A DNA stretch of 45,126 nt from Bacteroidia bacterium (GTDB lineage: Bacteria > Bacteroidota > Bacteroidia > Palsa-965): assembly GCA_035496135.1 (NCBI GenBank), contig DATJEX010000155.1:1-45126 (forward strand), written 5' to 3'. Shown piece after piece: positions 1 to 8,103 of the stretch (positions are counted from its first letter, which is position 1; each line of letters starts with the position of its first letter). The notes beneath the pieces are model-generated. The model did no database searches and had not been told where the DNA came from. It saw only the letters and a program-made list of their open reading frames with translations. Made by a program: the position numbers and the translations under genes.

Positions 1-1193
1 GGAGGAATTTTCTCGTCGTGGTGATCATTGGAATTTTTCTCGCGATGCTCAGCTGGCTCCTCTACGCGTGTTATCATTACATTTTTCACTTCGACACGAA
101 CGGGCAGGTGGGAAATGATATGCTCTACAGTTTCTTCGGCATCGGATTCATCGAAGAACTCGTGAAGCTCATTCCGTTCCTGATCATCCTGCATTTCACG
201 AACATCATCCGGAAACCGATCGATTACCTGCTGATCGCTTCTGCTGCCGGACTGGGTTTCGCCTTTTTTGAAAACCTGCTTTACATTTCGCAATACGGGC
301 TCGATGTGATACACGCGCGTGCGCTCACCGCATCCGTATCACACATGGCGTCGAGCGCGATCGCCGCTTACGGATTCGTGCTGGTGAAATACCGTTACCC
401 GAAAAAGTGGTGGATCATTCCGTTATTCTTCGTTGCGGCGGCAGGAGCGCATGGCTTTTATGATTTCTGGCTGCTGAATGAAAAAGTGCGTTCGTTCTCC
501 ATCTTCACACTTTTCTTTTTCCTTTCCGAGATCCTGGTTTACGTTTCGTTCATCAACAATGCGCTGAATCATTCCGCTCCCGAAAATTACAAGCAATCGG
601 ACATCGTGCTCAACACGCAGCGGCTCGCTTCTTTCATTGGCGGCTCGCTCGTCCTGGTGTTCGCACTGGAATATGTGGCGAATTGTTTTGTGTACGGAAC
701 GCAGATCGGGAATTCCACGCTGATGGGTTCGTTCCTCTCGGGCGGATATCTCGTATTCTTCCTCGCGGTGCGTTTGTCGAACATCGACATCATTCCGGGC
801 GAATGGGGAAGAATAGAATTCTTCGAAGGATTGTTGCCGTCGGAATTAATGTCGAGCAGGAAACGCGCGGGATACAATTCCGTCGTTGGGAAAAAATTCA
901 TTCTCCGCAGCGATGTATCAACAGGGAATTTCGCTCAGCAATTACCGCTCGCCGGAACGATGACGAAGCGATTGACGATACAGGAAGATTCCGGGTGGTT
1001 TGAATTCCAGCCCGAAGTGCCGGTGATGATCGGGATCGTGCAGCATGAATTTCTTTACATACGCACGAAGGAAAGTGGTGAAACGATCGCGCAGGAAGAA
1101 CCGGTGGTGATCGGAATTTTTGCGCGCGTGCAGGATACGTTCGATCCGCAGAAAAGCAAACTCACATTTGTGGACTGGGCTCTTGTGGGCTGA
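1..1193 (+). CDS. PrsW-family intramembrane protease with a ~190-aa C-terminal extension. The 5' end is probably outside the window (alternatively a GTG start at 18).
   Basis: Multi-TM protein with PrsW-like motifs FIEELVK, FFENLLY, SHMASSAIAAYG and HGFYDF. The frame stays open upstream of 18 to the window edge. Confidence 0.65.
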   Translation, partial: RNFLVVVIIGIFLAMLSWLLYACYHYIFHFDTNGQVGNDMLYSFFGIGFIEELVKLIPFLIILHFTNIIRKPIDYLLIASAAGLGFAFFENLLYISQYGLDVIHARALTASVSHMASSAIAAYGFVLVKYRYPKKWWIIPLFFVAAAGAHGFYDFWLLNEKVRSFSIFTLFFFLSEILVYVSFINNALNHSAPENYKQSDIVLNTQRLASFIGGSLVLVFALEYVANCFVYGTQIGNSTLMGSFLSGGYLVFFLAVRLSNIDIIPGEWGRIEFFEGLLPSELMSSRKRAGYNSVVGKKFILRSDVSTGNFAQQLPLAGTMTKRLTIQEDSGWFEFQPEVPVMIGIVQHEFLYIRTKESGETIAQEEPVVIGIFARVQDTFDPQKSKLTFVDWALVG

Positions 1194-1523
1194 CGCACGG
1201 GCCTGCGCGCAGAAAGCAGTAGGCGGTAGGCAGCCATGAAGTACAGCAGAGCTGACTTCATGGTCAATTAATTATTTCCGAATTGAAAATTCGTATTTGT
1301 TCGTAATGCTCCATCGGAGCATTCTATCATTAGCACCGGAGGTGCGTCATGTTTTTTTCACGCCACGTGGTGGCGTTCCGGGGGCGGGAACGTGCGTGCG
1401 TAACGTGATTTGATGTGATGCTGATCTTTCTTAGCCCCCATGCAGCAGAAGCGTACCATGTACGCCACGCTGCAGGGGGACAGGTGGTTTTTTGAAACGC
1501 AGGTGATCTTGCTCCAAAATAAA

Positions 1524-1955
1524 TTACGGTTGTTTTGTCATCCAGAAGTAAAAGATCTGCCCGGCTCCGTAATATTGATAGAATGGCGAATCGATGATCT
1601 CTCCGTATGAATCAAATGTACTTGCAACAACGCCGTTCACTGTACCGAATGGGGTATCAAAAAGTTCAAGTGATGTTTGATAATCATTCCCTGAGTAAAG
1701 ATATTTTGCGTGAACTCCGTTCCATGTGTAAGTGGAGTCGGTTATAAAAACGAGCGTGTCGTGCCGCGGAAGAGGATTGGCCATGGAAGAATCGCGGTAT
1801 TGATCCAGCACCCATTTTTCTCCGGCGAGTGTGCCCACGAATCCGTGACTGGGATTGGATGAATAATTGGATGGCGTCACATCTTCTTTCGTGCAGGAAG
1901 AAAAAATGAAGCTGAAGGAAATGATGGTGAGAAAAACGGAGATGAATTTTTTCAT
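1524..1955 (-). CDS. Hypothetical lipoprotein
   Basis: ORF 1524..1991 trimmed to the ATG at 1955. N-terminus MKKFISVFLTIISFSFIFSSC is a signal peptide with a lipobox Cys. Confidence 0.6.
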   Translation of the reverse strand: MKKFISVFLTIISFSFIFSSCTKEDVTPSNYSSNPSHGFVGTLAGEKWVLDQYRDSSMANPLPRHDTLVFITDSTYTWNGVHAKYLYSGNDYQTSLELFDTPFGTVNGVVASTFDSYGEIIDSPFYQYYGAGQIFYFWMTKQP

Positions 1956-2018
1956 GGTGCTGCTTTCACTAAAAATAGGAAGCAGTGCCAATGAAACTGG
2001 TGTCGTTTGTGTAAGTGG

Positions 2019-2173
2019 TGGTTAGTTTGAAATATCCGGTGACTTTCTTTAGTACGAACTACGAAACTTTCGAATACGCGTATTACAGATCCGCTAAAGA
2101 TTCAAACCGGGTTTCATAAAGCATCCGTACCGATTTTGTAGTTAGCATATTCGCCAATTTCGTAGTTCGTGCC
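2019..2173 (+). repeat. Intergenic repeat copy R1, direct repeat of 2982..3167, with internal inverted words GTACGAACTACG / CGTAGTTCGTG
   Basis: Hand alignment with 2982..3167 gives roughly 85% identity over the first ~115 nt, plus shared GTAGTTAGCATATTCGCC and CGTAGTTCGT blocks. Contains the 12-bp palindrome AATACGCGTATT. Confidence 0.8.
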
Positions 2174-2216
2174 AAAGAGAACACTCCCATTGTGTTGAAC
2201 AGACTACTTTAGCGCC

Positions 2217-2981
2217 ATGGGATTCTATGATCTTTCCAAAGAGGAACGTGTGAACGTTGTAGCACGGATCGAAAAGGATATTCTTTCCGGGATAGAAAAG
2301 AATTTGCCGGAGAAGATCATTCTTTATTTTTCCGACGACGACACATATATCCGCAAGTCGGCCTACATCGCAACAGGAAGAATTTATTCCCGTGAAAAGA
2401 AACTCAGGAAAAAAATGATCACGTTGCTCAATGAATTATTTACCGAAGATGATTTCCGGATACGGCAGACGGTGGTAAACACGGCAGGAGAGATCGGGAT
2501 CAAAGAGTTCGGACCAGTGGAGCATTTTTTCGAAAAGGGGCTTTTCGATGAACATCATTCCATCCGCAATGCCGTGATCGGTTCGATCAAAAAAGCTGGA
2601 GCGAAAAATCCAAAGCCGGTTTTCCGCTGGGCGAAAAAATATTTACACCATCCGGATAAAGAGGTCCGCCGCGAGATCTGTCACGGCATAGAATTGCGCG
2701 GAAGAAAATTCCCGCAGGATATTCTCCCGATGTTACGCGAACTCGAATTCGACAAAACGGCGCGCGTGCGGAAGACACTTGTACATGTGCTCGGACAGAT
2801 CGCTTACAAGAAAGGCTGCCTGGAGACCGTCATTGCTGATCTGAAAACCTGGAAGAACAAGGAGCTGGTGGCGGAGGCGATCGAAGAGATCATCGATGTG
2901 CACGAGCGTTACCGGAATTTTTCAGCAATGACACAAAAGGAAGCCGTCGCGTTCATCAGGAAGAATCACAACTCTGGTTGA
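2217..2981 (+). CDS. HEAT/ARM-like repeat protein (AlkD-like superfamily suspected)
   Basis: 254 aa with repeated helical units containing conserved D..IR / VR..A positions (DDDTYIRKSA, DDFRIRQTV, DEHHSIRNAV, PDKEVRREI, DKTARVRKTL). Confidence 0.5.
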   Translation: MGFYDLSKEERVNVVARIEKDILSGIEKNLPEKIILYFSDDDTYIRKSAYIATGRIYSREKKLRKKMITLLNELFTEDDFRIRQTVVNTAGEIGIKEFGPVEHFFEKGLFDEHHSIRNAVIGSIKKAGAKNPKPVFRWAKKYLHHPDKEVRREICHGIELRGRKFPQDILPMLRELEFDKTARVRKTLVHVLGQIAYKKGCLETVIADLKTWKNKELVAEAIEEIIDVHERYRNFSAMTQKEAVAFIRKNHNSG

Positions 2982-3167
2982 TGGTTAGTTTGAAATATCC
3001 GGCGACTTTCTTTAGTACGAACTACAAAACCAGCGAATACGCGTAATACAGATCGCTAAAGGTTCGATCCGGATTTCGCAAAGCGCCCGAACTGGTTTCG
3101 TGTGATAAAATCCTTTCGTAGTTAGCATATTCGCCTCCTGAGTTTGTCGAAGGATCGTAGTTCGTAC
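2982..3167 (+). repeat. Intergenic repeat copy R2, direct repeat of 2019..2173, with a terminal 13-bp inverted repeat TAGTACGAACTAC / GTAGTTCGTACTA
   Basis: Starts on the base after the stop codon of 2217..2981. Aligned by hand to R1, with a ~35-nt insertion relative to R1. Confidence 0.8.
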
Positions 3168-3175
3168 TAACGCGA

Positions 3176-3931
3176 TCACTGTTTAAAATGCCTCGCGTAT
3201 CTCGTCCCGCGTCTCGTCACTTTCATTTCTTTCTTGATCGCCATTCGCTTTTCCGCTTCCTTGTCGTCTTTTCCCCAATAGGATTGGTACTTGCGTGTGT
3301 GCGGATCGTAGAAGTTGATGTATCCTCCGGGATTTGCGCCGAATGATTTCAGTGTGCTTCCGTCCTTGTGAATGGTTCCGAGAAAATCATTTCTTCCTTC
3401 GTATTCGTCGCCCCCGGTGAAGTAAAGCGGCAGCACAAAATTGCAGACGTGCACGCCATCGATCACATACGATTCGCCCTGCACCGCGTCGCACATTTCA
3501 TAATCGTGCAGCACTTTCCGCTTGATCTTCGGATTCGGATGTGGCCCTGCGACAAGAAGATTCACTTCGGGATCGGCGATGAGTTCGAGCGCTTCATGTG
3601 AAAACGTGATGCTCCAGTTCTTATCCAGTTTTTTCGCGAGCTTGAGATACACTACGCCGTATGGAATCCCGCGGTTGTTCTTGTCGTGATAGCCGGCTGC
3701 ATCATCATCGTCTTCCGCGTCCCACACATAGAGGATCGCATCGCCACGCAGATCGGCCGCACTGGTCTCGGATGGTTTCTGCGAACTTTTTCCTTCGAGA
3801 CGAAGTGTAGCGCCGAATCCCCAATAAGGCATGAAGTCTTCTTTCACCTGGCGATTGACGGCGCGGATCACTTCCTGCAGTTTTTTATTACTGACGGAGC
3901 CGTTGGAGAGATTGATCACTGATATCAGCAT
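3176..3931 (-). CDS. Hypothetical cytoplasmic protein with an acidic DAEDDDDAAGYHD segment and an SHEALELIADP motif
   Basis: 251-aa ORF with an ATG start and no signal peptide. I cannot name a family. Confidence 0.6.
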   Translation of the reverse strand: MLISVINLSNGSVSNKKLQEVIRAVNRQVKEDFMPYWGFGATLRLEGKSSQKPSETSAADLRGDAILYVWDAEDDDDAAGYHDKNNRGIPYGVVYLKLAKKLDKNWSITFSHEALELIADPEVNLLVAGPHPNPKIKRKVLHDYEMCDAVQGESYVIDGVHVCNFVLPLYFTGGDEYEGRNDFLGTIHKDGSTLKSFGANPGGYINFYDPHTRKYQSYWGKDDKEAEKRMAIKKEMKVTRRGTRYARHFKQ

Positions 3932-3940
3932 TTCAATTAA

Positions 3941-3975
3941 TGGTTAATGGTTAATGGTTAATGGTTAATGGTTAA
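3941..3975. repeat. Heptanucleotide tandem repeat (TGGTTAA)x5
   Basis: Five perfect 7-bp units read directly from the sequence, 10 nt upstream of the ATG at 3931 (minus strand). Confidence 0.95.
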
Positions 3976-4002
3976 TAATTGGTTTTTGGCTGGAGAAATT
4001 CG

Positions 4003-4404
4003 TCAGTCTTTTGCAATATAAATTTTCACAGAGATAGTCCACCACTTCTCACCTGTCTTGTTTCCATTAGCATCTTCTATATCACCCCATTCAACTTTTT
4101 TAATTTTCCATGAAGTGACATGATAGCCCGGGGTCGAACATGAAAAACGTATGCTATCCAAAAGTTCATTTTGAAAAAAGGGCCATCCTCCGTTTTTCCC
4201 GAAGGTGAGCTGCCTGGACGTATCCGGAAAAACAACATTAATATTCAACTTGCCCTTCGGTTCCGGTTTTCCCGAAGCGGAATCCAGGTATTCCGCCATT
4301 GTAATAGCCACACCCGGTCTCATCGGTTCACCACTCTGTGCGCTTATGGTGATCGAAATCAGTTGAGCAAAAAATAAAAAGATCCCCAGTCGAATGGACT
4401 TCAT
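4003..4404 (-). CDS. Small secreted hypothetical protein
   Basis: 133 aa with signal peptide MKSIRLGIFLFFAQLISITISAQS. Its start overlaps the stop of the upstream gene by 4 nt (ATGA). Confidence 0.6.
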   Translation of the reverse strand: MKSIRLGIFLFFAQLISITISAQSGEPMRPGVAITMAEYLDSASGKPEPKGKLNINVVFPDTSRQLTFGKNGGWPFFQNELLDSIRFSCSTPGYHVTSWKIKKVEWGDIEDANGNKTGEKWWTISVKIYIAKD

Positions 4405-4868
4405 TTTCCCACCTCCAGATAATTTTCATCATATCCCACCTGCATGTCTTTCGGAAGAACGTGATTTATTTCTTTTACCAGATCAAGTATCTCCTGCACT
4501 GCTGTAACATAAATATGAAAATCCTTTTTCTTTCCGTCCATCGTGATCGAGAAATCAAATTCGGCCGCATCGTCCACATTGTTGTTGGTGTAATCGCTTT
4601 GCAATTTATCGAGATCGATCTTTGAAAGCGCGTCCGCAATTTTTTTCGACGCCGTTGGAAGAAGCGCGTTCTCATATCCGAATTCTTCGTTATGGTAATT
4701 CGTTCCGTTTACCACAACAGAGTCCTGGGTGACACGCGTAATGACATTGCTGCTTAACATTCCTCCCCATTGTTTGATGATAATGGAGAAGGTTTTTGGA
4801 GGGGCCGAGACGAAACTGGAAAAGGCCAACAAGAGGAGAATGGGAAAGGTGAGTTTTAGGATTCGCAT
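4401..4868 (-). CDS. Small secreted hypothetical protein
   Basis: ORF 4401..4991 trimmed to the ATG at 4868 (MRILKLTFPILLLLAFSSFVSA signal peptide). The longer version runs into tRNA-Asn. Confidence 0.6.
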   Translation of the reverse strand: MRILKLTFPILLLLAFSSFVSAPPKTFSIIIKQWGGMLSSNVITRVTQDSVVVNGTNYHNEEFGYENALLPTASKKIADALSKIDLDKLQSDYTNNNVDDAAEFDFSITMDGKKKDFHIYVTAVQEILDLVKEINHVLPKDMQVGYDENYLEVGK

Positions 4869-4945
4869 GATGGAAAAGTACATCCGAAAAATCGCATAAC
4901 AAAAAAACCACCCCGTTTTCACAAGATGGTTTTCAGTACTTGAAG

Positions 4946-5019
4946 CTCCCCGGGCTGGGCTCGAACCAGCGACCCCATGATTAACAGTCATGTGCTCTAA
5001 CCAGCTGAGCTACCAGGGA
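4946..5019 (-). tRNA. tRNA-Asn (anticodon GTT)
   Basis: Reverse complement TCCCTGGTAGCTCAGCTGGTTAGAGCACATGACTGTTAATCATGGGGTCGCTGGTTCGAGCCCAGCCCGGGGAG folds as a cloverleaf. It has a 7-bp acceptor stem, a CT-GTT-AA anticodon loop and a GGTTCGAGCC T-arm. CCA is not encoded. Confidence 0.9.
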
Positions 5020-5254
5020 ATTTGTTGTTGATCTGGTTATGCCGTCATTGAGGGAATTTGCCTCAAAACGGGCTGCAATAGTACTCAGTTGCGGGGAAAT
5101 ATGCAACTGATAAGAGGAAAAATTGCCCAAATCGGCTGATTTTCCGGCATATTAAGCATGTATAGCCCATAGAAATTGTGAAGGCCGAATACCTCCGTGA
5201 AAACATCATGTTTCCTGAATGAAAATGTCATTACAAATTGAACGGTTTAAGCGA

Positions 5255-5262
5255 TACATTTG
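5255..5262 (+). promoter_or_regulatory. Bacteroidota-type -7 box TACATTTG (TAnnTTTG) upstream of the PfkB kinase gene
   Basis: Exact consensus match 23 nt upstream of the ATG at 5285. Confidence 0.45.
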
Positions 5263-5284
5263 CGCAACATTTTAACCAGATCTC

Positions 5285-6208
5285 ATGAGCTTATTAGTCG
5301 TTGGTACAGTAGCATTCGACGCGATCGAAACCCCATTCGGAAAAACCGACAAGATCATCGGTGGCGCCGCCACTTACATCTCACTCGCTGCTTCCTATTT
5401 CACGCAGGACATCGAACTCGTTTCCGTTGTCGGAAGTGATTTCCCGCAGGAATCGATGGACATGCTCAAGAAGCACGGCATCAGTTTGGGCGGACTCCAG
5501 ATCAAACAGGGCGAGAAATCCTTTTTCTGGTCGGGCCGATACCACAACGACATGAACATGCGTGATACGCTCATCACCGAATTGAACGTACTCGCCGATT
5601 TCGATCCGATCGTGCCGGAGAAGATGCGTGAATGTGATTTTCTCATGCTGGGAAATCTCATGCCGCTCGTGCAGCAGAAAGTGATCGCGCAATTGAAGAA
5701 GCGCCCGAAACTCATTGTGCTCGACACGATGAATTTCTGGATGGACACCGCGATGGATGAACTGATGAAAACCATCGCACAGGTGGATGTGCTCACGGTG
5801 AACGACGCGGAAGCAAGACAGTTGTCGGGAGAATATTCACTCGTGAAGGCGGCGCAGAAAATTCTCGCGATGGGACCAAAAGTACTCATCATTAAAAAAG
5901 GTGAACACGGTGCATTGCTCTTCAACAAGGAACAGGTGTTCTTCGCTCCTGCTCTTCCTTTGGAAGACGTATTCGATCCGACCGGAGCAGGCGACAGTTT
6001 CGCCGGTGGTTTCATCGGTTATCTCGCCGAGACAAAAGATATTTCCTTCGACAACATGAAGCGCGCGATCATCTTCGGATCGGCGATGGCTTCTTTCACG
6101 GTGGAGAAATTCGGAGTGGAAAGATTAGTGGGATTGACGCAAGACGCTGTTGACGAACGCGTGCAGGAATTCATCGACCTCGTGCAGTTTGATATTTCAT
6201 TGGTTTGA
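5285..6208 (+). CDS. PfkB-family carbohydrate/nucleoside kinase
   Basis: N-terminal VVGTVAFD and the PfkB signature DPTGAGDSFAGGF near the C-terminus. Confidence 0.85.
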   Translation: MSLLVVGTVAFDAIETPFGKTDKIIGGAATYISLAASYFTQDIELVSVVGSDFPQESMDMLKKHGISLGGLQIKQGEKSFFWSGRYHNDMNMRDTLITELNVLADFDPIVPEKMRECDFLMLGNLMPLVQQKVIAQLKKRPKLIVLDTMNFWMDTAMDELMKTIAQVDVLTVNDAEARQLSGEYSLVKAAQKILAMGPKVLIIKKGEHGALLFNKEQVFFAPALPLEDVFDPTGAGDSFAGGFIGYLAETKDISFDNMKRAIIFGSAMASFTVEKFGVERLVGLTQDAVDERVQEFIDLVQFDISLV

Positions 6209-6370
6209 TCTTTCATTCCTTAGTTCTTAAGCGGGAACGAATTTCGAATTGCACGAAGCTGTCTGCCGGAAGGCAGTATCCAAAACATCATTCGGGAAAT
6301 TTGCAATAGCGCTCCGTTCTGAAACAAGAAAACGATGAAAGAAAAAACGGGTTATTGATCTGATCATTTC

Positions 6371-7066
6371 ATGTCTTCCAATCTGAAAACGGTAAATTTC
6401 ATTCTCGCCATTCCCGCAATGCTTCTTCCGGCGTTCATCGGATGGTGCTGCATTTATTTTTCTTACCGCTATCATCCCGGTAACATCATCAGTCCTTTCA
6501 GTGTGATCGATATTGCGATCGCTGTTGGTTGTCTTGCGGTTGACTTTTATGCTATCCGCTGGTGGATCCGCAGATCGTCATACACCGGCAGTAGTCCTGC
6601 GCTCTTTCTTGTCCTTTTTGCAGGTGTATTATATTTTATGATCGCCGTTCAAACCTACAATGGTTATCACACACTTGCGAATCCGGTCCTGGTGATCGAT
6701 AATGGAACTGATTCCCTGATCACTGTTAAGATAAACGGAACGGATGTGCGTGTTGGTCCGCATGGCACGATCAATTTTACTGTTCCTGCAGGTAAACTGG
6801 AAACAACCTTCAATGGAATGAAAACGGACAGAACGATCGCACCCGGCGAATGGATCTATAATCCTGGAGGAAATTATTCCTATAAAATTGAAACAGTCGC
6901 CTATTCGATGAGTGAATGGTCTGTTGTTGAAAATGCACCAGCAGATAAAGATCTTGGTTCGCCGGAATTTTTCATTGTAACGACCGATTATCTTCTCGAA
7001 GCTCCTGATAAGATCACCACGGAAGGCTCAAGCGATGTTACAAAAACGCTGCTGACCCATTATTGA
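6371..7066 (+). CDS. Hypothetical membrane protein (about 3 TM plus an extracytoplasmic domain)
   Basis: 231-aa ORF with hydrophobic N-terminal segments and no recognisable motif. Confidence 0.5.
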   Translation: MSSNLKTVNFILAIPAMLLPAFIGWCCIYFSYRYHPGNIISPFSVIDIAIAVGCLAVDFYAIRWWIRRSSYTGSSPALFLVLFAGVLYFMIAVQTYNGYHTLANPVLVIDNGTDSLITVKINGTDVRVGPHGTINFTVPAGKLETTFNGMKTDRTIAPGEWIYNPGGNYSYKIETVAYSMSEWSVVENAPADKDLGSPEFFIVTTDYLLEAPDKITTEGSSDVTKTLLTHY

Positions 7067-7073
7067 GCAGCAT

Positions 7074-7853
7074 TCACATTCCCCCCTCAAAAAAACGCCT
7101 CACACTCTTCGGCATCGCATCCACGAAATTCGCTTTCGTCGGATCGTTCGAATCGTAAATAATTTTCTCTTTCGCTTCGTCGGTGATGCGCTCGATCAGA
7201 TGCGTGCGCGTGACCGCGGTCACTGGTGCGTTGTTCACGAGAAATTGAAACGTAACGATGTGCACATAACGATTGTTGATCCTGGTATTGGTGCGTTGCA
7301 TACTGATCACTTTTCCTTCCGTGAGAATTCCATTGCGTACGAGGTAAACATTCTTCCTTCCTTTCCGGATCACGATGATGAGAAAAATGAGTCCGATCAG
7401 AAAAGGCATCAATCCGGCGAGTGCGACGAATGGAGAGAATTCCGAACCACGCATTCCCACGATACGTGCCGTTTGTGGTTCATCCGCGAGATATTCCACA
7501 TCCACTACTCCATCATTGATATCCCACCAGGTATCATAGGAAATTCCGGTTCGCGCAATTCCGTCGGGTGTCTTATACGAGAAGACATACTTGTAAATGT
7601 TCTGATGATTCACCCTGGAATTGGTTTGCGTCATTTCGGTGATCGAGCCTTTCACACGCGGTTCATTCCCCTTGAACTTGAAAGATTTGAAATCCGCGAG
7701 TGATGCGAAGACGGTCGTCAGAATTATCCCGACGATCATAGGGATGAATGCGGCGATAACGAGTGGATTGCCGAAGATGATCCTGCGTTTCAATCCGGAA
7801 GGGATCGCGCGCGGAAGATCCATGTTGGAAATGCTTTCGGAAGATGTGTGCAT
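7074..7853 (-). CDS. Membrane protein with two DUF3592-like modules
   Basis: Two TM-plus-beta units with similar cores (GSITEMTQTNSRVNHQNIYKYVFSY and TEGKVISMQRTNTRINNRYVHIVTFQF). Start set to the ATG at 7853. Confidence 0.5.
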   Translation of the reverse strand: MHTSSESISNMDLPRAIPSGLKRRIIFGNPLVIAAFIPMIVGIILTTVFASLADFKSFKFKGNEPRVKGSITEMTQTNSRVNHQNIYKYVFSYKTPDGIARTGISYDTWWDINDGVVDVEYLADEPQTARIVGMRGSEFSPFVALAGLMPFLIGLIFLIIVIRKGRKNVYLVRNGILTEGKVISMQRTNTRINNRYVHIVTFQFLVNNAPVTAVTRTHLIERITDEAKEKIIYDSNDPTKANFVDAMPKSVRRFFEGGM

Positions 7854-7857
7854 GGAA

Positions 7858-7957
7858 GGGAACGAATTACTAATCTTCACGAATATACAAATCTGCACGC
7901 GCGGAGAGGTACAAATGATCTGTGATCAGTATATCCGTACAATCCGTAATTGATCCC
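7858..7957. repeat. Palindromic intergenic element, GGGAACGAATT family
   Basis: Left arm GGGAACGAATTACTAATCTTCACGAATATAC. The right arm reverse complement is GGGATCAATTACGGATTGTACGGATATAC. Confidence 0.7.
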
Positions 7958-8103
7958 TTGCAAATAAAGAGTATTCCGCATTCATTCGTGGTTCACTCCC
8001 GTCTTGCTTCGAACAAAAATTTACTCCTCTTTTTACATTCGTGCTTCAGTGGTTCGTAGTTTCGTAGTTGGTTCGTAGTTCGTACCCCATAATTTACTGC
8101 CGA

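Noticed and set aside
4869-4991. N-terminal extension of ORF 4401..4991 (MTVNHGVAGSSPARGASS...)
   Set aside because: This stretch is the reverse-strand reading of tRNA-Asn (4946..5019). A proper signal peptide begins at the internal ATG at 4868.
4003-5019. Integrated prophage or integrative element at tRNA-Asn
   Set aside because: No integrase, transposase, phage structural gene or duplicated tRNA 3' fragment is visible within the window. Only the weaker idea of an old islet is kept as a finding.
5395-6015. 206-aa antisense ORF inside the PfkB kinase gene. Similar long shadow ORFs lie at 18513..19022, 19799..20224, 37396..37965 and 21747..22244.
   Set aside because: Each lies fully within and antisense to a gene with strong family motifs, and has low-complexity Ser/Cys/Arg-rich composition typical of shadow frames.
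2019-8085. Possibility that the recurring intergenic repeats form a CRISPR array
   Set aside because: The repeats differ in sequence family, are separated by whole genes rather than 25-50 nt spacers, and have no regular periodicity. No cas genes are present.
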